A DNA stretch of 63,313 nucleotides, counting the filler, from Folioceros fuciformis (Eukaryota), in NCBI GenBank assembly GCA_049999805.1. It is 8 parts of 7 records of this genome, joined end to end, with 100 filler letters (N's around TTAATTAATTAA, not from the genome) between each part and the next. Parts side by side here need not be neighbours in the genome. Positions count along the whole stretch, not along the records: positions 45,231 to 51,513 come from JBNGIO010005352.1; positions 51,614 to 61,366 come from JBNGIO010005354.1; positions 61,467 to 63,313 come from JBNGIO010005403.1; 5 more parts are not named here. One strand, written 5' to 3'. Within the stretch, counting starts at the first letter, position 1; each line of letters opens with the position of its first letter. The position numbers and the translations under genes are program-made. Below are positions 50,101 through 61,511 of this stretch, one piece after another. The notes below the pieces were generated by a model. The model saw only the letters and a program-made list of their open reading frames with translations. It did not search any database and was not told the origin of the DNA.

Positions 50101-50640
50101 GGGGTCCATGCGCAAAGAATAGAATTCCAGGCGTACCATGGCCAGCATCATCACGTTAGTGGATTGATAGATGTCAGTGATTTGCTTCCAAGCTTCAGCA
50201 GATGTGGACACACCATCCGTGTGATGTAAGGTAACCTCATCAAGGCCAGAGATCAACATTTACATAGCCTATTGATCTTGATGAACCCAAGTATCAATGG
50301 CAGCCGGATTAGCGATGGGCTTGGGAATGGTTTCTTCCACGATGAAGAGAAGATCCCGAGTGTTGAGCGCAGTCTTCATGCGCTTTGACCACACCTCAAA
50401 CTTCGTACCATTAAATCTATCCTTTTCCTTGAAGTTAGTATTGATATTAGCGATGTTGAAGTAAGGTCAAAGTGGTGAAATACCAACTGGGAGTGGAGGC
50501 GGTGGGTTGCCTGCAGGTCCACTAGAAGGTGGTGGGTTACCGGTTTGCCTACCTAGAGGTGGTGTGGGTGGTGACGGGGGTCTTGATCCTAGCCTTGGAG
50601 ACCCAAGGAACCCTGACCCAAAGGTAGAAGCGCCTGACAT
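47140..50640 (-). mobile_element. Degenerate Ty1/copia retrotransposon (gag to RT N-half)
   Basis: gag KEKDRFNG..VW, CNWCQTSGHWEREC, LDLVHIDLCGP, FWAEAVSTAAY, KNNTWSLV..CKWV..YKARL.AKGYSQ and QLDVCTAFLYG. Many stops and frameshifts. Confidence 0.93.
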
Positions 50641-51025
50641 CTCTTATGGATTTTAAACCAACGCATAAGCCGACAATATGTTATGACACAACACCGAGAG
50701 TACAAGTGAAAGAAGAATCATAAGAAATTATTTAACAAAAGTATTACCCTTCGTCTTTTAGGATCCACCCACCAGAGTTATTTCCTCCCTTGCTTCAAGT
50801 GATCTAAAGGATGTTAGAAATCAAGCTCTGACTGAATTGTTATTAAGAGCATACAACACTTAGGATAGTGTAGATTATCCCATATTGAACTCGTAGTTAT
50901 CTACCACCTAAGTGTTATAAGGATATACCAGGATATTGCACCCTCGAGACTAAGGCTTACCTTATCGAGGGTACCCCCGCCTAAAGGCTATATATGTAGC
51001 ATCCTGTGCACCATAAGTAATGTAT

Positions 51026-51513
51026 TGTGGAGTCCATCTAGCTAGGGGTGCTATTTCAACATGGTATCAGAGCCAGAGAGAGCGCCGGCAGCCATGGTGG
51101 CTATGGCGGGGGTTTGAGGCTATGGCCGTGAGCGTGAAGGTGGCTGGAAACTCAAGCCATTGAGAGGCGCAGGAGGCGCAGTGGCGTAGGAAGCCGCAAC
51201 AGGCGCCAAAGGCGCAAGAGCGCGAGAGAGGGAGAGAGACTCAGGAAGAGCAGCAACTACTAGAGGCAACCGGACTGTGGAAGCCACAGCAGGCCCAGGA
51301 TTTGTGAGGAGGAAGGCCTGAACTTGGCAAACAGTGTTTTGTTTTTTTTGTTTTTTGAAAGCTTGAGCAAAGGCTGTTTTTGCTTAGCGAAGAGTCAGCT
51401 GCACATTCAAGAATTGTTGAAATTTGATTGAGGCTTGTGGAGTGCTGGAGTTCTACCGCAGTGTAGGAAGTTGCACTCAAGATTGTCAAAAACATTTGTT
51501 GGAAGACGCATGA
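51026..51513 (+). mobile_element. 5' end of an LTR retrotransposon: LTR 3' end plus tRNA-iMet primer binding site
   Basis: ...TTTCAACA|TGGTATCAGAGCC, with the PBS at 51062-51074. Confidence 0.8.
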
Positions 51514-51830
51514 NNNNNNNNNNNNNNNNNNNNNNNNNNNNNNNNNNNNNNNNNNNNTTAATTAATTAANNNNNNNNNNNNNNNNNNNNNNNNNNNNNNN
51601 NNNNNNNNNNNNNAAGAACCCCTACTCTCTGAGGTGGTGGAATCACCAAGCTTCTCCCATAAAGCATATTCCACAATGTTAGAGGAAAAGACTTCATTCT
51701 CCGAACGAGGAGACTGTCTCTTCTTCCTCTCCTTGTAGGAGATCCTGTCCTTAGATCCCAAGCTTTGCTCCTCCTCCAGTCGCTCTTCAGACCATGTGAG
51801 GAGACAGTGGGAGCAAAGTCAGACAAGTGA

Positions 51831-52340
51831 TGATAATCAGTAGGGGGTTAGGAAACAATTATGCCACAAGCTACCATCAGCAAGAGGCTTACTGTAGAAG
51901 CTGATCATGTGGCCTTTACACTCCAAAAACATTTCAACCCTCACTCTCTTCATGGTTGTAGGATCACTAGAGGAGCATGGTGGAGGAGAGGAGAAGAGGA
52001 GGCAGAGAGGAGAGGAGAAAAAGAGGTCACATTGAGAGTATTTGGCAAGGGAGCTCAAGGGGGTATTTATACCCTCTAGAAGAGCTCCCTAGGAAGCTTC
52101 ACAAGAAGCTCACAGGAAGCTACGCCAGAAGCTTCCTACAGATTAGCTTAAGCTAATCTAAACTAATGATACTTAACTAGACACTAATCTTAGACTAAAC
52201 ACATTAGTCTAAGCACATTAACTAGACACTAATCTTAGACTAAACACATTAGCCTAAGCACATTGGGCTTTAATAACCCTACAANNNNNNNNNNGACTAA
52301 ACACATTAGCCTAAGCACATTGGGCTTTAATAACCCTACA
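51831..52340 (-). mobile_element. LTR (solo-like), homologous to the 3' LTR at 54695
   Basis: The reverse complement begins TGTAGGGTTATTAAAGCCCAATGTGCTTAG, contains TATAAATA and ends ...TTATCA. No target-site duplication found. Includes a 10-N gap with duplicated flanks. Confidence 0.8.
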
Positions 52341-53014
52341 ATGGTGATGCCAGAAACTTGGCACTTGTACCACAGCGGGCAGCTCGGCACTTCCCAAGTA
52401 CCAGGTGTGATCACCTTGATCTCTGACATGACGTTGCTTGGAACTGGAAATCTGGGTGGAACTAGAGGACGTTGGTCAGCACCTTCGTACTCGAGCTCAC
52501 CTCGATTGAAGCGCCTCTGTTCCACAACACCCCGTGAGTACACGAGCTCAGGAATGCGGCTCCTGGATAGGCCGCCCATAGCCCCGGCTCTCAAAGATTC
52601 GGCAATCCTAGCCGCCGTCCTCCCTCGTGTTGTGCCTGAACCTTTGCCCTCATCCACAGCGCCTGAAGAACGTGTTGCTGGTGTTGCTGTAATCTGGCCA
52701 GCAGTCTTCCCACCTCTTATGCTGGAAAGACGAAAGCTTGGAGGGGAGACGGAGAGTCCGGATGTCGCGATGTCGCGCCGCTGGCTCAAGCTTGCTCTGG
52801 TAGTGCCTCGCGGCCGCCCCCGCAGTCTCCTAACGCCGCTAGCTCCTCCTCCTTGTGTGTGTGTCTCTGGCTGCTATGCAGGTTGATGCTCTTCCGCCCG
52901 TGCTCCAATGGCAGTTGTTCTAGCCACAGGCGATGTGATGAACCTTCCTGCAGAGTCCCGCTGGTATGTGTACCGCTTGGCTGCTAGAGCATCATCAGAC
53001 CCTGAAGACGCCAT
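52341..53014 (-). pseudogene. Basic, disordered ORF fragment (RGRPRG motif) with one TAG, cut by the LTR; probably TE-derived
   Basis: MASSGSDD..QRDSAGRF..HQPA*QPE..RGRPRGTT reads in one frame up to the LTR boundary. Confidence 0.35.
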
Positions 53015-53454
53015 TGTTACTTTCCTCAGCCTTCGCTCAACGAGCTTTATTACCAGAAGGCATGGGACGTAAATAACAGCTACAAGAAGTGCGAACCTGT
53101 AGACGGTCGCCTTCACACACAGCAGCGCCACCTTGAGCCTACGCTCCAAAGTACACACAAGGATCGCGAGGTTCTCAGCTGGAGTCACAGTCTCCACAAC
53201 TCTGAACGTAGTGGAGGGGAGGCAAACCGACCTCATAATGATTAACAAGTGGGAGTGATGAGAATAGGGTGTTAATACATTAGGTTTCGTTTGGTGAATG
53301 CGTTCATAGCTACTATAAGTCTAGGTGCCCGTTCATTTGGGTTACGTCCTTTATGAGAGGGTGTGTCTATTCACCCTACCTAGCTTAATTATTGTTTAAT
53401 CAATATAATAATGTAATTATTTTATAGCAATTGGTCTACACCAATTTCCATATT

Positions 53455-54990
53455 TTCTCAACAGCAAGGTATTGACTTTGATGAGATTTTCTCACCAGTA
53501 GTCAAAATGATCACCTTGCAATGTGTTCTTGGTCTAGTTGCAAGGAACGACATGGAACTTTTCCAGATGGATGTGAAGTCGGCATTTCTGCATGGTGATC
53601 TCCAGGAAGAGGTATACATGTAGCAACCAGAGGGTTTCATTGAGAAAGGCAAAGAGAATCTAGTGTGCAGGTTAAAGAAGAGCCTTTATGGTTTGAAGGT
53701 ATTTCAAATTCCACTTGTTTATGTTGTATCAAGGCTACAAACGTAGCGATGAGGATCATTGCCTCTATACAAAGCAAGTTAAGGATGGAAGGTTGCTCAT
53801 TCTGGTCCTCTATGTGGATGATATGCTAATTGTTGGGACTAACAGTGATAAGATTTCATCGTTGAAGTCAAAGTTGAATGGTCGCTTTGACATGACAGAC
53901 TTGGGAGAGGCAAGCCATATTCTTGGCATGCGTATTCGTCGAGACAGACATAAGCATTTGCTTTACTTGTCTCAGACTGAATACATTATTAAGGTGCTTC
54001 AACGTTTCAATATGGAGAAGGGGAAGGTATTGAGTACTCCGTTGCCTCCATATGTGAAACTTTCAAGCAAGGATTCCCCAAGTTCTGCGGAGGACAAAGC
54101 TGAAATGGAGAAGGTTCCATACTCATCAGCTATAGGGAGTTTGATGTATGCAATGATTACTACACGTCCTAACATTGCTTTTGCAGTGGGAGTAATTAGC
54201 AGGTTTATGTCAAACCCTGGTAGGTAGCATTGGGAGGCAGTGAAAGGAGTTATGAGGTACTTGAATGGTACAAAAGCTTTGTGCTTATGTTTTGGTAGTG
54301 AAGATGCATCTGTCGTGGGATATACAGATGCTGATTATGTAGGGGATATGGACAAAAGGAGTCCACATTAGGTTATGTCTTCATGTGCACAGGAGGGGCA
54401 GTCTCATGGCGATCTCGTTTGCAATCGCGCATAATGCTATCTACCACAGAGGCCAAGTATGTTGCAGCAACTGAGGCGTGCAAGGAAGCCATGTGGCTTG
54501 CTCGTTTAGTGGGAGATTTGGGGATCAAGGTTAAGCTGCCCGTGTTGCATTGTGATAGCCAGAGTGCTATCCAATTGGCAAAGAATCCAGTGTTACATGC
54601 GAAGACCAAACATGTGGAAGTGAAGTATCACTTCATTCGAGAGGTCTTGGGAACCACTCTCCTATGAAGGTAAATTGGCCTTTAAGTGGGAGGTTGTTGG
54701 GTTATTAAAGCCCAATGTGCTTAGACTAATGTGTTTAGTCTAAGATTAGTGTCTAGTTAAGTACCATTAGTTTATATTAGCTTAAGCTAATCTGTAGGAA
54801 GCTTCTTGCGCAGCTTCTTGTGCGCTTCTTGTGAAGCTTCCTAGGGAGCTCTTCTAGAGGGTATAAATACCTCCTTGAGCTCCCTTGCTAGTGAGACTCT
54901 ATTGCGAGAGTGTGACCTCTCTTTCTCCTCCTCCTTGCCTCCTCCTCTCCTCTCCTTCACCATGTAGCTCCTCTAGCGATCTTACAAACC
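53455..54990 (+). mobile_element. Ty1/copia 3' fragment: RT, RNase H, polypurine tract and truncated 3' LTR
   Basis: GIDFDEIFSPVVK, QMDVKSAFLHG, LYVDDMLI, TRPNIAFAV and KTKHVEVKYHFIRE. The PPT AAGTGGGAGG (54684-54693) is followed by TGTTGGG (LTR from 54695). Confidence 0.93.
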
Positions 54991-55934
54991 CGACGGTACC
55001 TTGGCCTGCTACTGCTGCAGATCTAGCTCTAGTCTTGAGTCGCTCAGGCCGCCCACCTGCATCCAGCCAGCCAGCCTCGTCCTCAGCCCAGGTCCGGCCA
55101 GCCGATCCCATGATCGCTGCTACTCCGCCCCCTGTAGCTCGGTAGCTTCTCCACAGCAACCGCCGATCCGGCACTTGCTGCCTGGCCAGATCGGGCCGCC
55201 TCCTGGATCTGGCAGCCTTGGCCGGCTCCTAGCCAGTCTGCTAATCAACAACCCACCGTAAATCACCCTGGCCAGCCCTCTTACTTCCCTAGGCCTCAAC
55301 CCAAATCTAGCTTGCTGGCACCAAACCTGGCCTCCTGGCGAGTTGGTTCTGCTAGCCACCAGCTGCCGTCAGTCGCTTATCCAGCCAGGCCGACTGAAGC
55401 CCCTAGCCAGCCGTCCTGACGGACGCGTTCCAGGCTAGCCGGCCATGACTGCCTGAACCCTGCGTTGCCCGACTGCTACCACCAGGCTGCCCCCCTTGCA
55501 CCTACTACCAGCCGATCACAGGACTCCAATCCGGCCGTTTGGTTCCTGCTGGCCAGCCTGCCCCCTTCCGGATCTGGCGCACGCACAATCTTAGCCCCGT
55601 CCTGCGTGGCCACCTGCTTCCCGGGCCTTGGCCCCAGGCACCTTTATCTCCATCTCCGTTCCCAGCTTCTAGCAGAACTCTCCAAGGAAACTTTGACTCA
55701 CCGCCCCATGACCAGTGCTAAGGTTCCCTGTTTGTCTAGTCATCCTATCATGAGGAACCGGGCCCGTGTCCTACCTACCACACACCCTACCTAGACCCTA
55801 TCGACTCACCGTTAACCTAACCTCTAATCTAACCTTATCTCCTAACCACTCCCCTACGAAATTCAATCAGAAACCCAAAAAAGAAACAAACTCTGCCCTT
55901 TTCCAAGGGATCTGCTCATCATGTGGACTCCACA
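54991..55934 (-). mobile_element. Second GC-rich LTR-like element end
   Basis: Minus-strand terminus TGTGGAGTCCACAT, with the same T-rich then GC-rich layout as 45231-47139. The left boundary is approximate. Confidence 0.65.
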
Positions 55935-55970
55935 ACGTGCTAGGGAAGGTTGAATGTCGTAGGTGAACGA

Positions 55971-56030
55971 TAAACACAGTTGGAGGGAGCTAACCACAGT
56001 TGGAGGGAGCTAACCACAGTTGGAGAGGAG
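55971..56030. repeat. 20-bp tandem repeat x3
   Basis: AACCACAGTTGGAGGGAGCT units. Confidence 0.85.
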
Positions 56031-57545
56031 TGATTTCGAGGAAGCCTACAATGACCGTGGGGTTGATATGGCCACGATACATGTGAGCGGGTGCTTGTTA
56101 ACATGGGAGGGGGGTTTAAACCTTAGCCAATGAGTAGGTAATTTATCGATAAGTTATGCTTAAATATATGTGGATTAGGGTTGACAATGAACAGTCGTTA
56201 TATATGTATTTAAAGACATTTTTGACATTATTGATATTCATTCTGACTAGTCCTGTTAGGCTATCTTTGCTCCCTGTTTCTTTAGATGGTATCACAGCCC
56301 AATGTTTTGCATCTTGGGGAAAGCCTTACATAATGCCGAGGTGCAGGGGCTGTAGATAATTGCGTCAAGGTGAATCATCCCCGAGACAAAATTACAATAG
56401 GGGATATCAGCCACGACACAAAGCACCACTTCCTTTGGACACGATGTTGGATCTCTACGAGCAACAATACCCCGCCCTCTGGCTGCATAAGTTTGTTGCA
56501 AGAGGTTCTCGAAGGACACCTTCTACTAGGTGGACTTCGAACAAAAATTAAGAGGTAGACATGCTACATAGGGAATGTTGGTATAGGAAGGGACAGAACC
56601 CAAACCTATCCTACAATCCTAGATCATAAGGATCACCTAGCCAAAATCTACCTCCCATGTCAAGACCACTTGCAAGAGATTCAAATTCTGAAGTTGTGAG
56701 ACCAGATTGTTCTCAACGTTCTACAGCAAAAAAAGACACACCTGCAATCAATCCTCATACGGGTGTTCAGATTATTGCTGATAAAACACAAGACTCTCTT
56801 ACCTGTGTTGAGAAGGTGCTGTCCACAATTTTACAAAATCATGTCTTCCTTAAGAACAGGATTCACAGCCTATATTCAGTGGCAGAGAGTGCTATCCTTT
56901 CCTACAAAGACAAACTCTAGAAAGACATAGGCAAATTCATTGATCTTCTACAGGACATGGACATCAGCCTACAAGTTCAAGAACAAAAAATCTCACCTAA
57001 CAATTTTGCATCTAGCTCATAGGTCCTGTGAAATCTTCTACTGCTAGGGAGCAAGGTGATTCAGGTGCATCAACATCTCTCATGCACCTGATCTGAACAG
57101 GCACAATAGGCTTTGTGTTGTTTGGGTCAGATTTGTCTTTGCGCTGCTCATTGGCTTGCTTGTGAGTGTCTGTTCATAAGACAATGACACATTGGTCAGG
57201 TTGACCTAACCGTTCAACTAAAACGCCATCAGAAAATGAATAGTTGCTGTTTTTAGGGTTACTTGCTTGAGGTGCAACGTTTCATGTTAGAATGGGAAGA
57301 AAGGCTGAGGAGTTCAGCAGGGGTTGGGCATAGCATCTAGATACCCCAACCCAGGCTGACCTTCTCAGCACCTTTCCTACATATCATGATTAGTCCCTAA
57401 TTATAAGCTATACATTGATACATGAGCACTTAGCTTTGTTACTGGAGCCATAGCTCTCCTAGGACTTGCGCAGTATTCATGTCCCTCAATTCATTGTTGA
57501 ACTCGTTGATCAGTTCATTTGCACAGCTTAGCCTGCAACCACCAA

Positions 57546-60500
57546 TGGTTTCCATACCACCAGTTGTCCCGATACCATCTGTATTCAGAGTAACCATGGC
57601 TATAACCAATCCGTCATTTACGTCTGAATTAAAGGAAAAGGAATCAAGTGGAATCAACACAATGCAATTGTTGTTGCTCTCCTCATTAACGGACTTGATG
57701 CAGATCTCGTCCCAGACGTCGAGTATCTCGACAAGGCAAACAAAATCTGGGATCAGCTGGAAAAAACCTACAAAGTGCAGAACCTCATGACCCTTTGTTC
57801 TGTGAGGCAGGAATTCTACGATTTAAAGATGAAGGAATGGGATAAAGTGGCAACACATACCAGCAAGTTCTGGCACCTTCGGGCCCAACTCATGGCCATG
57901 ACTGGAGACAAGATGTCGGAGGTAGATGCTATAGCGCAGTTGCTCACTTCACTCCCTGCTTCCTATCAGACCTTTGTCACAAGCTAGAACAGACCACTTC
58001 GCACTGTTGGAGCCGCTTTTGCCGCTAGAAGTGCAATGACTGTCACCTTGGAAGAGGTGATTGGTGCACTGTTCCAGGAAGAGCAAAGTCGTGCCTTCGC
58101 CTCTGGACCTTCTAAGGGCAAGGGGGAAAAGGTGTTAGCAGCCAATTTCCGCTCAGGCAAAGGCAAAGGGAAACTCAAAGGAGGAAATTCACCTGGACAG
58201 AAGGGGGAATCCTCAAGCTCCACGAAGCGACTAGGCAACTGCAATTGGTGTGGGATGCCTGGTCACTGGGCAAGAGAGTGCCAAAAAAAGAAGGCAAGTG
58301 AGCCCCAAAAACAACCAAAGCCGGCTGCAAGTGTTGCAGTTAAGGAGAAATCAAGAGAATCAAAAGCACCAGTAAAGATCCTTATTGTTTGCCTTTCGAG
58401 TTCTCTAAATGATGATGGGTGCTGGTACCTTGACTTTGGAGCAACCACCCACATCTATAAGGACAGGAAGTTGTTCACCTCCCTGCACAAGATCCAGCTA
58501 TTGACAAAGTGTTTCTGGGTGATGAGCAAAGCAAATCTAGTTTACGCATAGAGGGTAAAGGCATGTGCGTTTTCAAATTAAGTGATGGCACTGACCTAAG
58601 GCTCAAAGATGTTCTCTTCATTCCTAGCATGGCTAAGAACCTAATGTCTATGAGTCAGCTCATGCGTCTACGTACCTTCTACATGAGAGCAGACCATGAA
58701 CACTGCTGGTTTTATAGAAAGTCTTCTCCTAACACATGTGTGTTTAAGGGGATTCCCGAGCATGACTTGTACAGGTTAAACATAGCATGCACTTGGGCAT
58801 CATCCACTTATCAGTACTCTGCCCGATCCCCTGGTGTCCCCACTGTCTTGCCTTAGTAGGAGGCTATATTGTGGCTAGCTAGGTTAGGGCACATAAATAG
58901 AGCTAAGCTCATTGACATGTCTACAATAGACTGCCACAAAGAACCTCTTCCTAAATGCTTCAAGTACTGACCTATTTGCGAATCGTGCATACTAGCGAAA
59001 TAGAAAGAGTCTCCCTTCCCCAATGCACCTGCACATAGAGCTATAGAGGTACTTGGATTAGTACATGCTAATATTTCTTGAAAAATCCATCAACCCTCCC
59101 TATGGGGCTCTCGCTACTTTTTCACCCTCACAAATGATTATAGTTGTTACACATGGACCTTTCCTATGCACTCTAAAAGTGATACTTTCAGCTACTTCAA
59201 GGACTGGCTCACCACAGCTCAAAGGCAAACACGCAGGTTACTGAAAATATTGAGGACAGACAACGGGACAAAGTTTGTTAGCTCATCTTTTGATGCCCTC
59301 CTTCAAGAGGCTAGGGTCTAGAGGCAACTCACAGTTCCCTATACCCCACAGCAGAATGGTGTATCAAAATGCAAAAATCAAACATTGCTTGGGATGACAC
59401 GAAGCTGCTGGTTTGGGCAGGCTTACCTCGGGGTTATTGGGCCGAAGCAATTGTGACAGCCACGTACATCCTCAACAGGTTTCTAACTAGTTCAGTTCCT
59501 CACAAGACCCCCTATGAGGTGTATTGGCAAAAGAAACCTAGTTTGCTGTATCTCAAGGTTTTGATTCCAAAGCCTATGCTCATATTCCATCTGAGAAAAG
59601 GAAGAAGCTAGATCAGCGTGCATTAGCTCTCATTTTTGTGGGATACAGCAAGCAGTCCAAGGCCTACAAGCTTTTCAATCCAGACACGGAGTCCATTGTG
59701 CTTGCAAGAAGTGTCACCTTTCTTGAACCACATGCTCCTTCATCGGCTGTCGAGCCTGCTTCCATAAGTCCTCCTCCAGATACAAATCCAGCTGCGGACT
59801 ACCCTCTGGATGATACTCCTCCTGATGAGCCTGCTTCTTTGGTTCTACCCATCCCACCTGGCCCTGTTGCAGCCAACCCAGTTCCTCTTGTCCTTCCTAT
59901 CCCACGAGCTGCTGACCTCAAAGCTGATCTTCATCCAGATCCCCCGAATTCTGAAGTAGAGGGGGAAGAAGGTCAACAGGAGCAACTTCAGGAGGATGAT
60001 GAAATGGATCAGAATCATGATCAGTATGAAGATGACCAGGATTTCTTACTTGATGATGCTAACCATGCTGCTTCAGAACCGGAGGATGAAGATGAAGAGC
60101 CAGCTATTCTACGCCGCTCCACACGCCAAAGGGCACCTCCTGAAGAATGGAAGGAACCTCGATATCAGTCAATAGACTTCCGCACTCACCCTACTGATAA
60201 TTCCTCCCTCCCTGATGAGCCAACCACTTTGACTCAAGCCTTCTCTGGTCCACAATCTGAACAATGGAAGGCCGCCGTGGAGGACGAATATCAGTCATTG
60301 GTGAAAAATAAAACATGGTAGCTAGTGGATCTTCCACCAAGGTGTAAGGCCATATCCTGTAAGTGGGTTCTCAAGCTCAAGTTAAATGCTAAGGGTGAAG
60401 TAGCACGCTACAAAGCACGGCTTGTTGCTCGTGGATTTACCTAGGTTGAAGGAATCGACTACAAGGAGATGTTTTCACCTATTGTGAGAACACAGTCCAT

Positions 60501-61048
60501 TCGAATCCTTCTTGCCTATGCCATAGAGGATGACCTAGACCTCCAGCAGATGGATGTCTGCACAACCTTTTTGTATGGTGCTCTTGATGAGGAGTTGTAC
60601 ATGCTCTAGCCTAAAGCATATGAGGACCCCGTACACCCACACAAAGTGTTAAAGCTTCTCAAATGCATCTATGGTTTAAAGTAGAGTGGTCGCGTGTGGT
60701 ATATTACTATGCACCTGTATTTGCTGAGCATAAAGTTTGTTTAGAGCAATGCCAACACAAATGTTTATAAGCTTACCCAAGGATCTTATAAAGTGCTGCT
60801 AGCCTTGCACATAAATGATGTGATCTTCGCCACGAATGACCAATAGCTGCTGTCAATTGTTAAGGAACAGCTCAGCAACTGGTTTGACATGAAAGACATT
60901 GGGGAGCTTAAGTTCTGCTTGGGCACACAACTGCTACGGGTTCAAGACAAGGGCATCATGTTCATACACCAGTACAAGTATGTTAACGAGATCCTTAAGA
61001 AGTTTCACCTCGACCAGGCTAGACCAGCAACCACACCTTATGCAACAG
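57546..61048 (+). mobile_element. Degenerate Ty1/copia retrotransposon (gag to RT), cut by another LTR
   Basis: CNWCGMPGHWAREC, WYLDFGATTHI, LRTDNGT, YWAEAIVTATY and [20 protein letters not shown]. Many TAG stops. Confidence 0.93.
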
Positions 61049-61366
61049 TGTGAACCTCCAAAGTTTGGGGTAGTAGTTTGTTTTGGTTGAAAAAGGGTTA
61101 ATAGTGGTATGGTTTGGTTTTCTTTTTCAACTTATTTTCCCTAATTTTCCTTGGTTTTCTGGTTATTTTTCCTATTTTTCTTTGTGTTAATTAGGTTAAT
61201 TGACCAGGAAATAGTTAGCTTGGTTATAAGCGTGGGTATAGGTTTGGTCCCAGACTTGGGAAGGTTTAGGTTCGGTACCAGGCCATAGGGTTGGGTGATT
61301 AGTTTAATATTAATTAAAGATATATAATATTAAATGATTAAATAATAATATAATAATATTAAATAA
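61049..61366 (+). mobile_element. Probable LTR 5' end inserted in the copia RT
   Basis: The RT frame stops abruptly at TGTGAACC, followed by T-rich non-coding sequence. Confidence 0.5.
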
Positions 61367-61511
61367 NNNNNNNNNNNNNNNNNNNNNNNNNNNNNNNNNN
61401 NNNNNNNNNNTTAATTAATTAANNNNNNNNNNNNNNNNNNNNNNNNNNNNNNNNNNNNNNNNNNNNCAAGTAATTAAACATATAAACTATGTTAGGTTTC
61501 TACCTCTAACA

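Noticed and set aside
52238..52341. Tandem duplication of the LTR terminus
   Set aside because: The copies flank a 10-N gap, so it is likely an overlap artefact.
10882..61466. Recurrent TTAATTAATTAA motif and any gene cluster spanning it (e.g. a lipid/sterol/heme cluster of thioesterase, DWF1 and COX10)
   Set aside because: Identical 44N-12-44N artificial linkers, so adjacency across them is not biological.
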